Shown one piece after another: positions 46,000 through 56,462 of a DNA stretch of 64,000 nucleotides; the stretch's first letter is position 1; each line of letters starts with the position of its first letter. The notes beneath the pieces were generated by a model, which searched no databases, was not told the DNA's origin, and worked only from the letters and a program-made list of their open reading frames with translations. A program made the position numbers and the translations under genes. The stretch is from Terriglobia bacterium. Its GTDB lineage: Bacteria > Acidobacteriota > Polarisedimenticolia > Polarisedimenticolales > JAIQFR01. Location: NCBI GenBank assembly GCA_963748015.1, contig CAVVHE010000005.1, forward strand, positions 639,580-703,579. The letters are read 5' to 3'.

Positions 46000-48048
46000 A
46001 TGTCGAATTATACGATACTCGTCGTGGACTACGAGCCGCGAAGCCTCGAGGTGTCTCGCGCTCCGCTCGCGGCCGCCGGCTTCAAGGTGGAGACCGCGGC
46101 CGACGGCGTTGCGGGGCTCGAAGCCTACAACCGGATCAAGCCTGATCTCGTGCTGATCGAGGCGATGCTCCCGAAGAAGCACGGGTTCGAGGTTTGCCAG
46201 ACGATCAAGAGCTCCCCCGCCGGCAAGCAGACGCCCGTTCTCATCACGACCGCGGTCTACAAGGGACGGAAGTACCGCACCCAGGCGCTTCACATCTACG
46301 GTTGCGACGATTACGTCGAGAAGCCGATCGCCCCGGAGGCGCTGGTCGAGCTGTGCCGCCGTTTTCTGAAGGACAGCACCCCCGCCGCAGCTACCGCCAT
46401 GCCGGTCGCCACCGCCACGCCCGCTGCCGCTACCGCTGCCGCCGCCACGGCGGCCCCGTCCCAGCAGAAGACAAACTCCCCGGCCGCGTCCTTCGTCTCC
46501 TCGGCCGTCGCTCGCACGAGCACCGGGCCCAGGGCATCGGCCGCGGCAGCGATCGTCTCCGACCTGACCGAGCAGGAGATCATGGACCGGCTCGACGCCA
46601 TCCTTCCGGATGACGGATTGAGGCGCACGCCCTGGACGGATGGTTCAGCCGCCCCGGAGCTTCACCCGGAGCCCATGGCCGTGGCGCCCCTACCCGAAGA
46701 GGCCCCGATCGCTCCGCCGGTTCCCGAATCGGTCTTTGCCCAAATGGGTACTCCCGAGAGCGAATTCGATCCGATCCCCGAGCTGGATTCGGTGCTGGCG
46801 GGGCTCCTTCCCACGTCTCCGGCGGTCCCCGAGCAGTCTCGCCCCGTGGCACCCGCCGCGCGCGAGGCCACCTCGCCGCAGACCGAGAGCGAGTCGAATC
46901 CCCAGGTGGTGTCCTTCGACCCCGCCCGGAAACGCAAGCGGCAAGGGTCGCGCGGCCCGGCGCCCAGCCCTGCCGCGGCCACGGAGACCCAGGCCATCTC
47001 GATGGCCGACATGCTCCAGGCCCACCCCGAGGCCCCCGCGGCCGTCGCGCAGCCCGAGGTCCGCGAACGGCCGGCCGCCAAGGTCGCCGCCGCGGCGGCG
47101 GAGCCGGTCCCTGTCCCCGAGGTCTCGACGCGAAAGGCCGGCGTCCCCCTGTGGGTGTGGGGCGCGGTCGCCTGCATCGTCGCCGTCGGAGCCCTGTATC
47201 TCTTCTTCGGGTCGTCCGGCAGCCAGACGACTCCCGAGGCGCCCGCCGTCGCCCGGCAGGCGGCCGTCGCCCAGCCCCCTCGAACCTCGGCTGCGGAGAA
47301 TCCTCCGGCGCCGAAGACGACCGTACCCGCCGTTCCTTCGAGTGAGAAACCGCCTCTGACGGCCGCGACTCGCGGCGCCGCGCGGAACGCGGAGCCCGTG
47401 GTCCAGCCCCAGGCGCCGCCGAAGCCGGCCCAGGGCAGCGCCACCGCCCAGGCTTCCGCCCCGAAGCCCGTCCCCGAGCGCGTCGAGAAGGCGCCCCCGG
47501 TGCTCGCGCCCAAGTCCGTGCCCGTCGCCGCCCAGGCAGCGGCCGCGCCGCCGACGGTGCAGGCCCAGCCCAGGAACGAGTCGCCCGCGCCGGCTACGCC
47601 CCCGGCGGTGGTCCAGCAGGCCCAGCCCGCGGTCACCGAGCCGATCCCCGCGGCCGCCAAGCCCGTCCCCCAGGCTCCGGCCGAGGCCGCGCCTGCCGCC
47701 CAGGCCGCTCCCGTCGAGACCGCCGCCGCCGCGCCGAAGACCACCGTCGCCCGGGGCACCCTCATGGACCTCGACGCGGTGGACGTCCAGCCGGTCGGGG
47801 TCAAGCGTGCGCTGCCCGCGTACACCGAACGCGCCCGCACGCTCGGCCAGCGCGGGCTGGTGTTCCTGAACATCCTGGTGGACGAGAACGGAAGGGTCAC
47901 CGACGTCCAGGTCATCCAGGGAATCCCGGACTCCGACCTGAACGACGCCGCCGCCCAGGCCGCGCGCGGCTGGGTCTACCAGCCCGCCACGAAGGACGGC
48001 GTCCCGGTCAAGGTCTGGAAGTTCGAGAAGCTCACGTTCGGGCCTTGA
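46000..48048 (+). CDS. Receiver domain - Pro/Ala linker - TM - TonB C-terminal domain fusion
   Basis: REC (ILVVDYE..PDLVLIEAMLP..EKP); TM LWVWGAVACIVAVGALYLFF; TonB_C PAYTERAR..GLV..VDENGRV..A..AARGW.YQPA.KDG.PV. Confidence 0.85.
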   Translation: MSNYTILVVDYEPRSLEVSRAPLAAAGFKVETAADGVAGLEAYNRIKPDLVLIEAMLPKKHGFEVCQTIKSSPAGKQTPVLITTAVYKGRKYRTQALHIYGCDDYVEKPIAPEALVELCRRFLKDSTPAAATAMPVATATPAAATAAAATAAPSQQKTNSPAASFVSSAVARTSTGPRASAAAAIVSDLTEQEIMDRLDAILPDDGLRRTPWTDGSAAPELHPEPMAVAPLPEEAPIAPPVPESVFAQMGTPESEFDPIPELDSVLAGLLPTSPAVPEQSRPVAPAAREATSPQTESESNPQVVSFDPARKRKRQGSRGPAPSPAAATETQAISMADMLQAHPEAPAAVAQPEVRERPAAKVAAAAAEPVPVPEVSTRKAGVPLWVWGAVACIVAVGALYLFFGSSGSQTTPEAPAVARQAAVAQPPRTSAAENPPAPKTTVPAVPSSEKPPLTAATRGAARNAEPVVQPQAPPKPAQGSATAQASAPKPVPERVEKAPPVLAPKSVPVAAQAAAAPPTVQAQPRNESPAPATPPAVVQQAQPAVTEPIPAAAKPVPQAPAEAAPAAQAAPVETAAAAPKTTVARGTLMDLDAVDVQPVGVKRALPAYTERARTLGQRGLVFLNILVDENGRVTDVQVIQGIPDSDLNDAAAQAARGWVYQPATKDGVPVKVWKFEKLTFGP

Positions 48049-48200
48049 GCCGGGACCTCCGTCGCCCGGGAAGCGTCTTCTCGTCATCCCGGCGGTCGCT
48101 TTACACCCGCGACTCCGGCGGATAGCATCTCCGGCGCGCGCCGGCCCGGACGAGCCGGAGCGCGTCCGAGAGGAACTCCGCCACGAACCGATCACTTTCG

Positions 48201-49089
48201 ATGCGCCCGGCGGCCGGGCTCGCGGCCGCGATCCTCCTCGTCGCGGCGGGCTGCGGCGGGGCTCCGGCCGTGGCCCCCAAGGATCGCGCCGCGATCCCGT
48301 CGCGGATCGTCTCGATGAGCCCCGCGCTCACCGAGATCCTGTTCGCGCTGGGACTCGGGGAGCGCGTCGTCGGCGTGACGACCTACTGCGACTGGCCACC
48401 CGAGGCGCGCCGGCTCCCGAAGATCGGGGGCTACGTGGATCCCTCGGTCGAGGCCGTCGTCGCCCTGTCTCCCGACCTCGTGCTGGTCTCGCCCGCGGCG
48501 GGAAACCGCGACGCGGCGCTGGCGATCCGGCGCCTCGGGATCCGCCTCGAGATCGTGCGCTGCGAGACGCTTGAGGAGGCCTACGCGGCGATCGAGCAAA
48601 CCGCGCGCCTCTGCGGCGTCGACGAGCGGGGAGCGGCGCTGGCGCGGGCGATTCGCGAGAGGGTCGAGGCGACGGCCGCGCGGGTCCGCGGCGCGCCGCC
48701 CATCCCCGCGCTGTTCTGCGTGCAACTCGACCCGCTCCTGGCCGCGGGGCGTGGCACTCTCCCCTCGGAGCTCCTGGAGCTCGCCGGCGGGCGCAACGTG
48801 ATCGGCGCCGAGCGCTACCCCCGGATCGGGATCGAGTCGGTCCTCGCGGCGGCCCCGGAGGCGATCGTCGTCGCGCGGATGGACGCCCCCGACTCCGGCG
48901 GTCCCGGCCGGGTCCTCGATCACTGGAGCCGTTGGCCCTCGATCCCCGCCGTGAAGAACGGGCGCGTGTTCGTGATCGACGCGACGACGGCCCTGCGCGC
49001 CGGGCCCCGGGTGGCCGAGGCGGTCGAGACCCTCGCCGCCCTGCTCCACCCCGAGACTCGAGGGAGCGGCGGCGGGAGCCCGGCCGTGA
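48201..49089 (+). CDS. BtuF-like helical-backbone substrate-binding lipoprotein (reads in-frame into the permease as assembled)
   Basis: Lipobox AAGC; RIVSMSPALTEILFALG, EAVVALSPDLV, PAVKNGRV, GPR. Confidence 0.82.
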
Positions 49090-50102
49090 GCGCGCGCGGG
49101 ACGTCCCGCCCGGTCTTCCTGCGCGGAGTGATGCTATTCGTGGCACTCGTCGGCGCGATGGTGCTCGCGCTCGGCCTCGGCGCGAGCCCGGCGGGCTGGT
49201 CCGGGATCGTGGACGTCCTCCTCGGGCGCGCCGACGGGCCGACCCGCGCGATCCTCCTCGACGTCCGGCTCCCGCGCATCCTGCTCGCGGCGATCGTGGG
49301 CGCGGCCCTGGCAGGAGCCGGCACCGCGTTCCAGGCCGTCCTCAGGAACCCGCTCGCCGACCCGTACATCCTCGGCGTGTCGGGCGGCGCGGCGCTCGGA
49401 GCGGCGATCTTCACCGCGATCTCGGGAGGCGACCCGCTCGGCGGGCCGCTCGCGCGTCCGGTGGCCGCCTTCGCCGGAGCGCTCCTCACCCTCGTCGTGC
49501 TGTTCCGGCTCGCGAGGGCCCGCGGCCGGACCGGATCCATGTCGCTCCTCCTTGCGGGGGTGGTCCTCAACGCCTTCGACTCCGCGGTGATCCTGTTCCT
49601 GCTGACCGTGGGCGACCCGAGCCGCTTCCAGGGGGTGATGTCGTTCCTCGTCGGCTCGGTGGGGTCGCCGCCGTGGCCGGTGGTAGGCGGCGTCGGCGCG
49701 TTCGTCGCGGCGGGGCTGGCCGTGCTGCTCGCCCTCTCCCACCGGCTCAACCTCCTCGCGTTCGGCGAGGAGACCGCGGGGCATCTCGGCGTGGACGTCG
49801 AGCGCACGACGTGGGCGGTGGTCGTCGGGGCGTCGCTCGTCACCGCCGCCGCCGTCTCGTTCACCGGCCTGATCGGGTTCGTCGGCCTGATCGTCCCGCA
49901 CGCGCTGCGCACGGTCTTCGGAGCGGACCATCGCGCCCTCCTCCCGGCCTCGGCCCTGGGGGGCGCGGCGTTCCTCGTCCTGGCGGACGCCGGGGCGCGC
50001 ACGCTGGTCGCGCCCGTCGAGCTGCCCGTCGGCGTGCTGACCGCGCTGATCGGCTGCCCCCTCTTCCTGGCGCTGTTCCTCCGCCGGCTGCGGGAGGCGT
50101 GA
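49086..50102 (+). CDS. FecCD/BtuC-family ABC permease
   Basis: RLPRILLA, RNPLADPYILGVSGGA, GEETA..LGV, GLIGFVGLIVPH, ELPVG; GTG 49086 preceded by GGGAG. Confidence 0.9.
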   Translation: MSARGTSRPVFLRGVMLFVALVGAMVLALGLGASPAGWSGIVDVLLGRADGPTRAILLDVRLPRILLAAIVGAALAGAGTAFQAVLRNPLADPYILGVSGGAALGAAIFTAISGGDPLGGPLARPVAAFAGALLTLVVLFRLARARGRTGSMSLLLAGVVLNAFDSAVILFLLTVGDPSRFQGVMSFLVGSVGSPPWPVVGGVGAFVAAGLAVLLALSHRLNLLAFGEETAGHLGVDVERTTWAVVVGASLVTAAAVSFTGLIGFVGLIVPHALRTVFGADHRALLPASALGGAAFLVLADAGARTLVAPVELPVGVLTALIGCPLFLALFLRRLREA

Positions 50103-50105
50103 CGG

Positions 50106-50900
50106 ATGGCGACGGCCCTCCGCTTCGACTCGGTCCGCTTCGCCTACCGCGAGGCGCCGGTGTTCGACGGGCTCTCGCTCGAGTTGGCCGAGGGCGAGCT
50201 GACCGCGGTGCTCGGCCCGAACGGCACCGGGAAGACCACGCTGATCCGTCTCGCGGCGGGCGGCCTGAAGCCCACCGCGGGCACGGTTTTCCTCGACGGG
50301 CGCGATCTCGCCTCGGTCGCCGCGAGCGAGCGAGCGCGGACCGTGGCGGTTGTCCCGCAGGAGTCGCGTCCCGCGTTCGACTTCACCGCGCGCGAGGTCG
50401 TCCGGATGGGGCGCGCCCCCCATCTCGGCCTCTTCGGGCTCGAGAGCCGCCGAGACGCCCTGGTGGTGGACGAGGCCATGCGCCGCACCGCGGTGTCCGA
50501 CCTGGCCGACCGTCCCTTCCTCCACCTCTCGGGGGGCGAGCGGCAGCGGGTGATCGTCGCGCGCGCGCTGGCGCAGGAGCCGAAGCTCCTCCTCCTCGAC
50601 GAGCCGACGGCGTTTCTCGACCTGCGGCATCGGCTCCTTCTCTACGACCTCCTGACGCGCCTCAACCGCGAAACGGGACTGACGCTCCTGATCGCGAGCC
50701 ACGACCTCGACCTCGCCGCGCGTTTCGCCGGCCGCATCGTGCTCCTCCACGGCGGCGCCGTCGCCGCCGACGGCCCCCCCGCCGCCGTCCTCACCCCCGA
50801 GAACCTCCGCCGCGTCTACGGCGTCCGCGCCGACGTCCGCATCGAGCCCTCCACGGGCCGCCCGCTCGTGATCCCGCTCTCCCCTTCGGACAGCGCGTAG
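50106..50900 (+). CDS. BtuD/HmuV-like ABC ATPase
   Basis: GPNGTGKTT, LSGGERQRV, LLLDEPT, SHDLDLA. Confidence 0.92.
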   Translation: MATALRFDSVRFAYREAPVFDGLSLELAEGELTAVLGPNGTGKTTLIRLAAGGLKPTAGTVFLDGRDLASVAASERARTVAVVPQESRPAFDFTAREVVRMGRAPHLGLFGLESRRDALVVDEAMRRTAVSDLADRPFLHLSGGERQRVIVARALAQEPKLLLLDEPTAFLDLRHRLLLYDLLTRLNRETGLTLLIASHDLDLAARFAGRIVLLHGGAVAADGPPAAVLTPENLRRVYGVRADVRIEPSTGRPLVIPLSPSDSA

Positions 50901-51050
50901 CCCGTTCGTCCCGATCGCCGCCCGCGGGCTCGGCCGCGCCTCCCATGAAGACCGCGTCGGTGGCTGTCCCTGAATTCCCTACCTGCACAGGTGGTGCCCG
51001 CAAGGGCCGTTCCCCGTAACTTCTCACCGAAACTCAACCGGGGGGGTCCC

Positions 51051-54000
51051 ATGACGACGATCAACCGGGTCCTTTTGTCCACCTTCACGCTCGCGGTTCT
51101 CGCAGCTCTCGCCGGCACGGCCTGCGCGGACACCGGGGAGACCGCGTCCACCGACAGCGTTCCGGCCGATTGGTGGGCGACGGTCCAGAAGAGCCTCGAG
51201 GAGTCCGAGTACCACGTCACCTGGCAGGACCGAACCTATCTCGAGGATCTTCCTGGAGCTTGGCACGCGCCGAACCGCGCGCACGGCTTCCGAACGTACT
51301 TCACGGAGCGGGGCATCCGGGTGATCCCCAGGACCGAGCAGGGGTGTTCGTGGGAGTGGGGGCTCGCGCTCGCCGCTTGGGGACGCGTCGGGGCCATGCG
51401 GCCCGTAGGCGCCGCGACCCTCGAAGCCCGCGAAAACCGGATCGACTACGCGCGCAAAGGGCTCGCGGAGTGGTACGCGAACGGCCCCGACGGCCTCGAG
51501 CAGGGGTTCACGATCGACGAGCCCCCGGGCGGCGGGAGAGAAAGCTCCCCGCTCCGTCTCGATCTGGCGCTCTCCGGGACGCTTCGCCCGATCCTCTCGG
51601 GAGACGGGCAGGCCCTGGATTTCGCGGACCCGAGCGGGAGGCGCGTCCTCCGCTTCGCGCAGCTCGTGGTGCGCGACGCGACGGGGACCGAGCTCCGCGC
51701 CCGGTTCGAGGGGTTCGCGGAGAGCCTCGTCCAGGGCATCCGCATCGTGGTGGACGACTCCGCGGCGCTGTACCCGCTCACCGTGGACCCGCTCGCGACG
51801 AGCGCGGTCTGGATCAAGGAGATCAACCAGGCGAGCGCGCACTTCGGCTACTCGGTCGCGTCCGCGGGGGACGTTCACGGCGTTCCCTTCGGGTCGATCA
51901 TCATCGGCGCCCCCGACTTCGACAACGGCCAGGTGGACGAAGGGAAGGTCTTCGTGTTTTACGGCGGCTGGACCGGCCCGGCGACGAACCCGTCCTGGAG
52001 CGCCGAGGGCGGGACGGACGGGATGCGTCTCGGCATGGTCGTCGCCCCCGCCGGCGACGTCAACGGGGACGGCTACGGCGACATCATCGCGGGCGCCCCC
52101 CTGTGGGAGGAGAGCACGCTCACCGACGAGGGGCGCGTCTACGTCTGGTACGGGAACTCGGACGCGCTCGGTGGCCTGCCCGCCACCCCGAGCTGGCGCG
52201 GGCGCGGCCGCGTCGCCGGGGCGGAATTCGGCGCCTCCGTCGCGAGCGCGGGAGACGTCAACGGCGACGGCTACTCCGACATCATCGTGGGCGCCCCGGG
52301 CTGGGGGAATATGCACAGCGAGGAGGGCGGGGTGTTCGTGTTCCTGGGCTCCTCGACGGGACTGGGAGCCGAAGGCGCGCCCGAGAACGCCGACTGGCGC
52401 GGCGAGGCGGATCTGGCCGTCTCGGCGTTCGGACAGTCGGCCGCCCTCGCGGGGGACGTGAATGGCGACGGGTACTCCGACATCGTCGTCGGAGCCCCGT
52501 CCTTCTCGAACGCCGTGACGGCCGACGGGGCCGTCTTCGCCTGGTACGGCTCCGCCACGGGGCTCGGCGCGAACGGCACCCGCAACAACGCCGACTGGAA
52601 GATCGAGAGCGGGCAGTCCAGCGCGCAGCTCGGTTACCGCGTCGCGAGCGCGGGGGACGTGAACGGGGACGGGTACTCCGACGTGATCGTGAGCGCGCCC
52701 ACCTACGACAACGGCCAGACGAACGAGGGGCGCGCGTACGTGTACCTCGGCTCGGCGACCGGGCTCCAGTCCACTCCCGACTGGCAGGACGAGGGAAACG
52801 AGGCGGACGCGAACTACGGGTGGTCGTTGGGCACCGCAGGGGACGTGGACGGGGACGGTTACTCGGACGTCGTCGTCGGAGCGTGGCAGTTCGACGGCGG
52901 CCTGGTCAACCAGGGGAAGGCATACGTCTACTACGGCGCGCCCAGCGGCCTGTCCTCCACTCCCGACTGGACGGCGGTCGGTGGGCAGGCCAATGCCTAT
53001 CTCGGATCGTCGGTCGCGACGGCCGGGGACACGAACGGGGACGGATTCTCGGACGTGATCATCGGCGCTCCCTACCACGGCAACGGCCAGACCGACGAAG
53101 GCCGCGCGTCCGTCTACCTCGGAGGCCCCGCGGGAATCGAGGGCTTCTACAGCCGGGTCTGGTCGGGTCCCTCCGCCGGCGCGCGGTACGGCGGCGCGGT
53201 CGCCCCCGCGGGCGACGTGAACGGCGACGGGTACGGCGACGTCGTGATCGCGGCCCGCCTGTACGACAACGGTCAGGCCGACGAGGGGGGCGTCTTCCTC
53301 TACCTCGGGAGCTCGAGCGGTCCGTCCATGTCGCCGAATTGGCGCGCGGAGAGCGACCAGGCGAACGCGGCGCTCGGGGTCACGGTCGCAGGCGCCGGGG
53401 ACGTCAACGGCGACGGCTACAGCGACGTACTCGCGGGCACCTATCACTACGCCAACGGCGAGACCAACGAGGGGGCGGTCTTCCTCTGGTACGGCTCCCC
53501 AACCGGCATGGGAGCGAACGGGACCCCGGCAAACGCGGACTGGACCGCCGAGGGGAACCAGACGGGCGGCGCGTTCGGCATCTCGGCCGCTTCGGCGGGG
53601 GACGTGAACGGCGACGGGATCGGCGACGTGATCGTCGGGGCCGACCGCTACACGTACGCCGCCGCCTCGGAGGGAGCGGTGTTCGTCTGGCACGGCTCGC
53701 TCGCGGGGCTCGGACCGAGCGGGACGCCCGCGAACGCGGACTGGGTGGCGAAGGGCGGCTCGGCTGGCGTTCACCTGGGAGCGAGCGTGTCCTCCGCCGG
53801 CGACGTGAACTGGGACGGCTTCTCGGACGTGATCGCCGGGGCGGACGGATGGTCGAATCCGGAGGCGCAGGAGGGGGCGGCGTTCGTCTGGCACGGCTCG
53901 CAGACGGGACTGGGGCCCGAGGGGAGCCCGGTGAACGCCCGCTGGCGCTTCGAGAGCGGTCAGACGAACGCGCAGCTCTGGCGGGTCGCGGGCGCAGGCG

Positions 54001-55352
54001 ACGTCAACGGCGACGGGTACTCCGACGTGCTCGTGGGCGCCCCCCTGTACGACTCGCTGATCGGTCCCGTCGACGCCGGCTCGGCCTGGACTTTCCACGG
54101 CTCCGCCGCAGGGCTCGCTTCGTCGCCGGCCTGGCAGGGGACGGGCATCTCGGCCACGTACTTCTTCGGCGATTCCCTCGCGTCCGCGGGGGACGTCAAC
54201 GGGGACGGGTTCTCGGACATCGTGGTCGGGGAGCCCGGCTTCGACGGGATGAATCCGGACGACGGCGCGGTGTTCGTCTACCTCGGCTCCGCGTCGGGTA
54301 TCTCCTCGCTGGCCTGGTCCTGGACGGGACCCGACACGAGCGGCCGGCTCGGCGCGGCGGTCTCCTCGGCGGGCGACGTGAACGGCGACGGCTACGCCGA
54401 TCTTCTAGTCGGCTCTCCCGACGCGAACACCGGCGGTGGTGTGCAGTCGGGCAAGGTCACGTGGTTCTACGGTGGCGGCGGCAAGGGACGCACCGTGCGC
54501 CCCCGGCAGCTCGCGTACTCGAGCGAGGCGCCGGTCGACCGGCTCGGCCGCTCGGACGACACGGTGCTCTTCAAGATGGCGGCGATCGGCCACGGCTTCC
54601 TCGGGCGCGGGGACGTGAAGCTCGAGTGGGACGTCGAGCGCGACGACACGCCGTTCACCGACCTCTACTATTACAGCAACTACGGTTGGTCCGATTCCGG
54701 GACGGCCGGGGCAAGCCTCACGGACATGAGCGGCAGCGAGCCGAACCGCACCTCGCACTGGCGCGTCCGGATCCGTTATCGCGACACGGACTCCCCGTTC
54801 CAGCAGTGGGGCCGCTGGCTCACGCAGCCGTGGGGCGGATGGAACGAGGCGGACATCCGGGTCTGGCTCGACACGGACGGGGACAACGTGGACGACCGCC
54901 ACGACAACTGCGCGGCAGTCCCGAACGGCGACCAGGCGGATCTCGACGCCGACGGGACCGGCGACGTGTGCGACCCGGACATGGACGGGGACGGCGTGGA
55001 CAACGGCTCCGACCAGGCTCCGGCCGACGGGACGCTGTGGTCGCCGCCTACGGCCCCGCAGAGCCTGTCGATCTCCAACGCGACCGGGGGACCCAGCATC
55101 ACATGGCGGGCCCCCGCGGATCCCGGCGGCACGACGACGGTGTACGACGTCCTGAGAAGCCCATCCCCGGCGGCGTGGAATGGGAGCTCGGTGTGCGTCG
55201 AGTCCGACGGGACGGACTTCGCGGCGTACGACGGGGAGACGCCGATGGTCGGCGGGACCTTCTACTACCTGATCCGGTCGGAGAACAGCCTGGGGAGCAA
55301 CATGGGGGTGGATTCGGACGATCACCTGCGGACCGGAAGGAGCTGCCCCTGA
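51051..55352 (+). CDS. Secreted FG-GAP (integrin-alpha-like) repeat protein with thrombospondin type-3 repeats and a C-terminal Fn3-like domain
   Basis: Signal peptide; 14 AGDVNGDG..D..VGA units; DTDGD..DNC..PNGDQADLDADG.GDVCD. Confidence 0.88.
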   Translation: MTTINRVLLSTFTLAVLAALAGTACADTGETASTDSVPADWWATVQKSLEESEYHVTWQDRTYLEDLPGAWHAPNRAHGFRTYFTERGIRVIPRTEQGCSWEWGLALAAWGRVGAMRPVGAATLEARENRIDYARKGLAEWYANGPDGLEQGFTIDEPPGGGRESSPLRLDLALSGTLRPILSGDGQALDFADPSGRRVLRFAQLVVRDATGTELRARFEGFAESLVQGIRIVVDDSAALYPLTVDPLATSAVWIKEINQASAHFGYSVASAGDVHGVPFGSIIIGAPDFDNGQVDEGKVFVFYGGWTGPATNPSWSAEGGTDGMRLGMVVAPAGDVNGDGYGDIIAGAPLWEESTLTDEGRVYVWYGNSDALGGLPATPSWRGRGRVAGAEFGASVASAGDVNGDGYSDIIVGAPGWGNMHSEEGGVFVFLGSSTGLGAEGAPENADWRGEADLAVSAFGQSAALAGDVNGDGYSDIVVGAPSFSNAVTADGAVFAWYGSATGLGANGTRNNADWKIESGQSSAQLGYRVASAGDVNGDGYSDVIVSAPTYDNGQTNEGRAYVYLGSATGLQSTPDWQDEGNEADANYGWSLGTAGDVDGDGYSDVVVGAWQFDGGLVNQGKAYVYYGAPSGLSSTPDWTAVGGQANAYLGSSVATAGDTNGDGFSDVIIGAPYHGNGQTDEGRASVYLGGPAGIEGFYSRVWSGPSAGARYGGAVAPAGDVNGDGYGDVVIAARLYDNGQADEGGVFLYLGSSSGPSMSPNWRAESDQANAALGVTVAGAGDVNGDGYSDVLAGTYHYANGETNEGAVFLWYGSPTGMGANGTPANADWTAEGNQTGGAFGISAASAGDVNGDGIGDVIVGADRYTYAAASEGAVFVWHGSLAGLGPSGTPANADWVAKGGSAGVHLGASVSSAGDVNWDGFSDVIAGADGWSNPEAQEGAAFVWHGSQTGLGPEGSPVNARWRFESGQTNAQLWRVAGAGDVNGDGYSDVLVGAPLYDSLIGPVDAGSAWTFHGSAAGLASSPAWQGTGISATYFFGDSLASAGDVNGDGFSDIVVGEPGFDGMNPDDGAVFVYLGSASGISSLAWSWTGPDTSGRLGAAVSSAGDVNGDGYADLLVGSPDANTGGGVQSGKVTWFYGGGGKGRTVRPRQLAYSSEAPVDRLGRSDDTVLFKMAAIGHGFLGRGDVKLEWDVERDDTPFTDLYYYSNYGWSDSGTAGASLTDMSGSEPNRTSHWRVRIRYRDTDSPFQQWGRWLTQPWGGWNEADIRVWLDTDGDNVDDRHDNCAAVPNGDQADLDADGTGDVCDPDMDGDGVDNGSDQAPADGTLWSPPTAPQSLSISNATGGPSITWRAPADPGGTTTVYDVLRSPSPAAWNGSSVCVESDGTDFAAYDGETPMVGGTFYYLIRSENSLGSNMGVDSDDHLRTGRSCP

Positions 55353-55430
55353 GCAAAGGCTCCTCTTCCCTCGCCCGAGCGGGGCGCGTTACGGAAGCGG
55401 ACGACTCGAGACATTCGTCATAATGCGGGC

Positions 55431-56148
55431 ATGCCCATCTACGTCGTGGAGGCCGGCGGCCCGTTTCCCGATCCGCGCGAGGCGGAGGAGGACGGTCTCC
55501 TCGCGCTGACACGGACGCTGACCCCGGAGCTGGTCGTCGAGGCCTACGCCGCGGGCATCTTCCCGTGGTGGGAGGAGGACGGCTGGTACCTCTGGTTCTC
55601 GCCCGACCCGCGCATGGTCCTGCTGCCGGAGGAGCTGCACGTCAGCCGCAGGCTGGGCAGGACCCTCCGGCGCGGTCCGTTCGAGGTCCGTCTCGACACG
55701 GCTTTCGAGAGCGTGATGGAGGAGTGCGCGTCGGTTCCCCGGCCGGGGCAGGACGGCACGTGGATCGGCCCCGAGTTCGTCCGCGCGTACACGGCGCTAC
55801 ACGAGCGCGGGATCGCCCATTCGGCGGAGGCCTGGCACGGCGATCGGCTCGTGGGCGGCGTCTACGGCCTGGCGCTCGGCTCCGCCTTCTTCGGGGAATC
55901 GATGTTCTCCCGCGAAACGGACGCTTCGAAGGTCGCGCTGGCCACGCTCGTCCGGCTGCTTGCTCGCCTGGGGATACCGGTTCGTGGACTGCCAGGCGCA
56001 CACCGGCCACCTCGAATCGCTCGGCGCGAGGGAGTGGCCGCGGGAAAGCTACCTTCGCGCCCTGGGCGAGGCCCTGCGGGAGCCGGGGCGTCCCGGCTCC
56101 TGGAGACTGGAATCGCCGGGCGGGCTAGACTCTTCCGTGAAGCCATGA
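55431..56148 (+). CDS. aat: Leucyl/phenylalanyl-tRNA-protein transferase (apparent 1-nt insertion near 55970-55973)
   Basis: FPDP, AY..GIFPW, WFSPDPR, TWI, HSAEAW, GESMFS..DASK. DCQ..T.HLESLGA is in the +1 frame, ending at 56148. Confidence 0.92.
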
Positions 56149-56459
56149 CGGACGTTCGAAGAAAGAGCGGCTCGGAGGTCCAGGAGAAGCCTCGCTCCAA
56201 GGAGCGGATCGAGGACGTGTGGAAGGTCGTCCTCCACAACGACGACTACACCCCGATGGAGTTCGTCGTGGAGGTGCTCGAGGAGGTCTTCGACAGGTCG
56301 CCCGCCGAAGCGTACCGGATCATGATGCAGGTCCACATCGAGGGCCGGGGCATCGCCGGGGCGTACGCCCACGAGGTGGCCGAGACGAAGGCGCACACCA
56401 CCGTCGACCTGGCGCGGGAGGCCGGCTTCCCGCTCTTCGCCAGCGTCGAGGAGGGTTGA
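56145..56459 (+). CDS. clpS: Clp adaptor ClpS
   Basis: KVVLHNDDYTPMEFVVEVL, IMMQVH..G, AETK, FPL. Confidence 0.95.
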   Translation: MTDVRRKSGSEVQEKPRSKERIEDVWKVVLHNDDYTPMEFVVEVLEEVFDRSPAEAYRIMMQVHIEGRGIAGAYAHEVAETKAHTTVDLAREAGFPLFASVEEG

Positions 56460-56462
56460 GGG

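Noticed and set aside
51850..54420. Recurring GACGTGAACGGCGACGG DNA repeats as a possible CRISPR array or DGR
   Set aside because: They are coding FG-GAP units with synonymous variation and ~170-200 nt spacing; no cas or reverse transcriptase gene is present.
55431..56459. Aat-ClpS fusion (342 aa)
   Set aside because: The conserved Aat DCQ/HL.SLG motif is out of frame and ends at an ATGA overlap with clpS.
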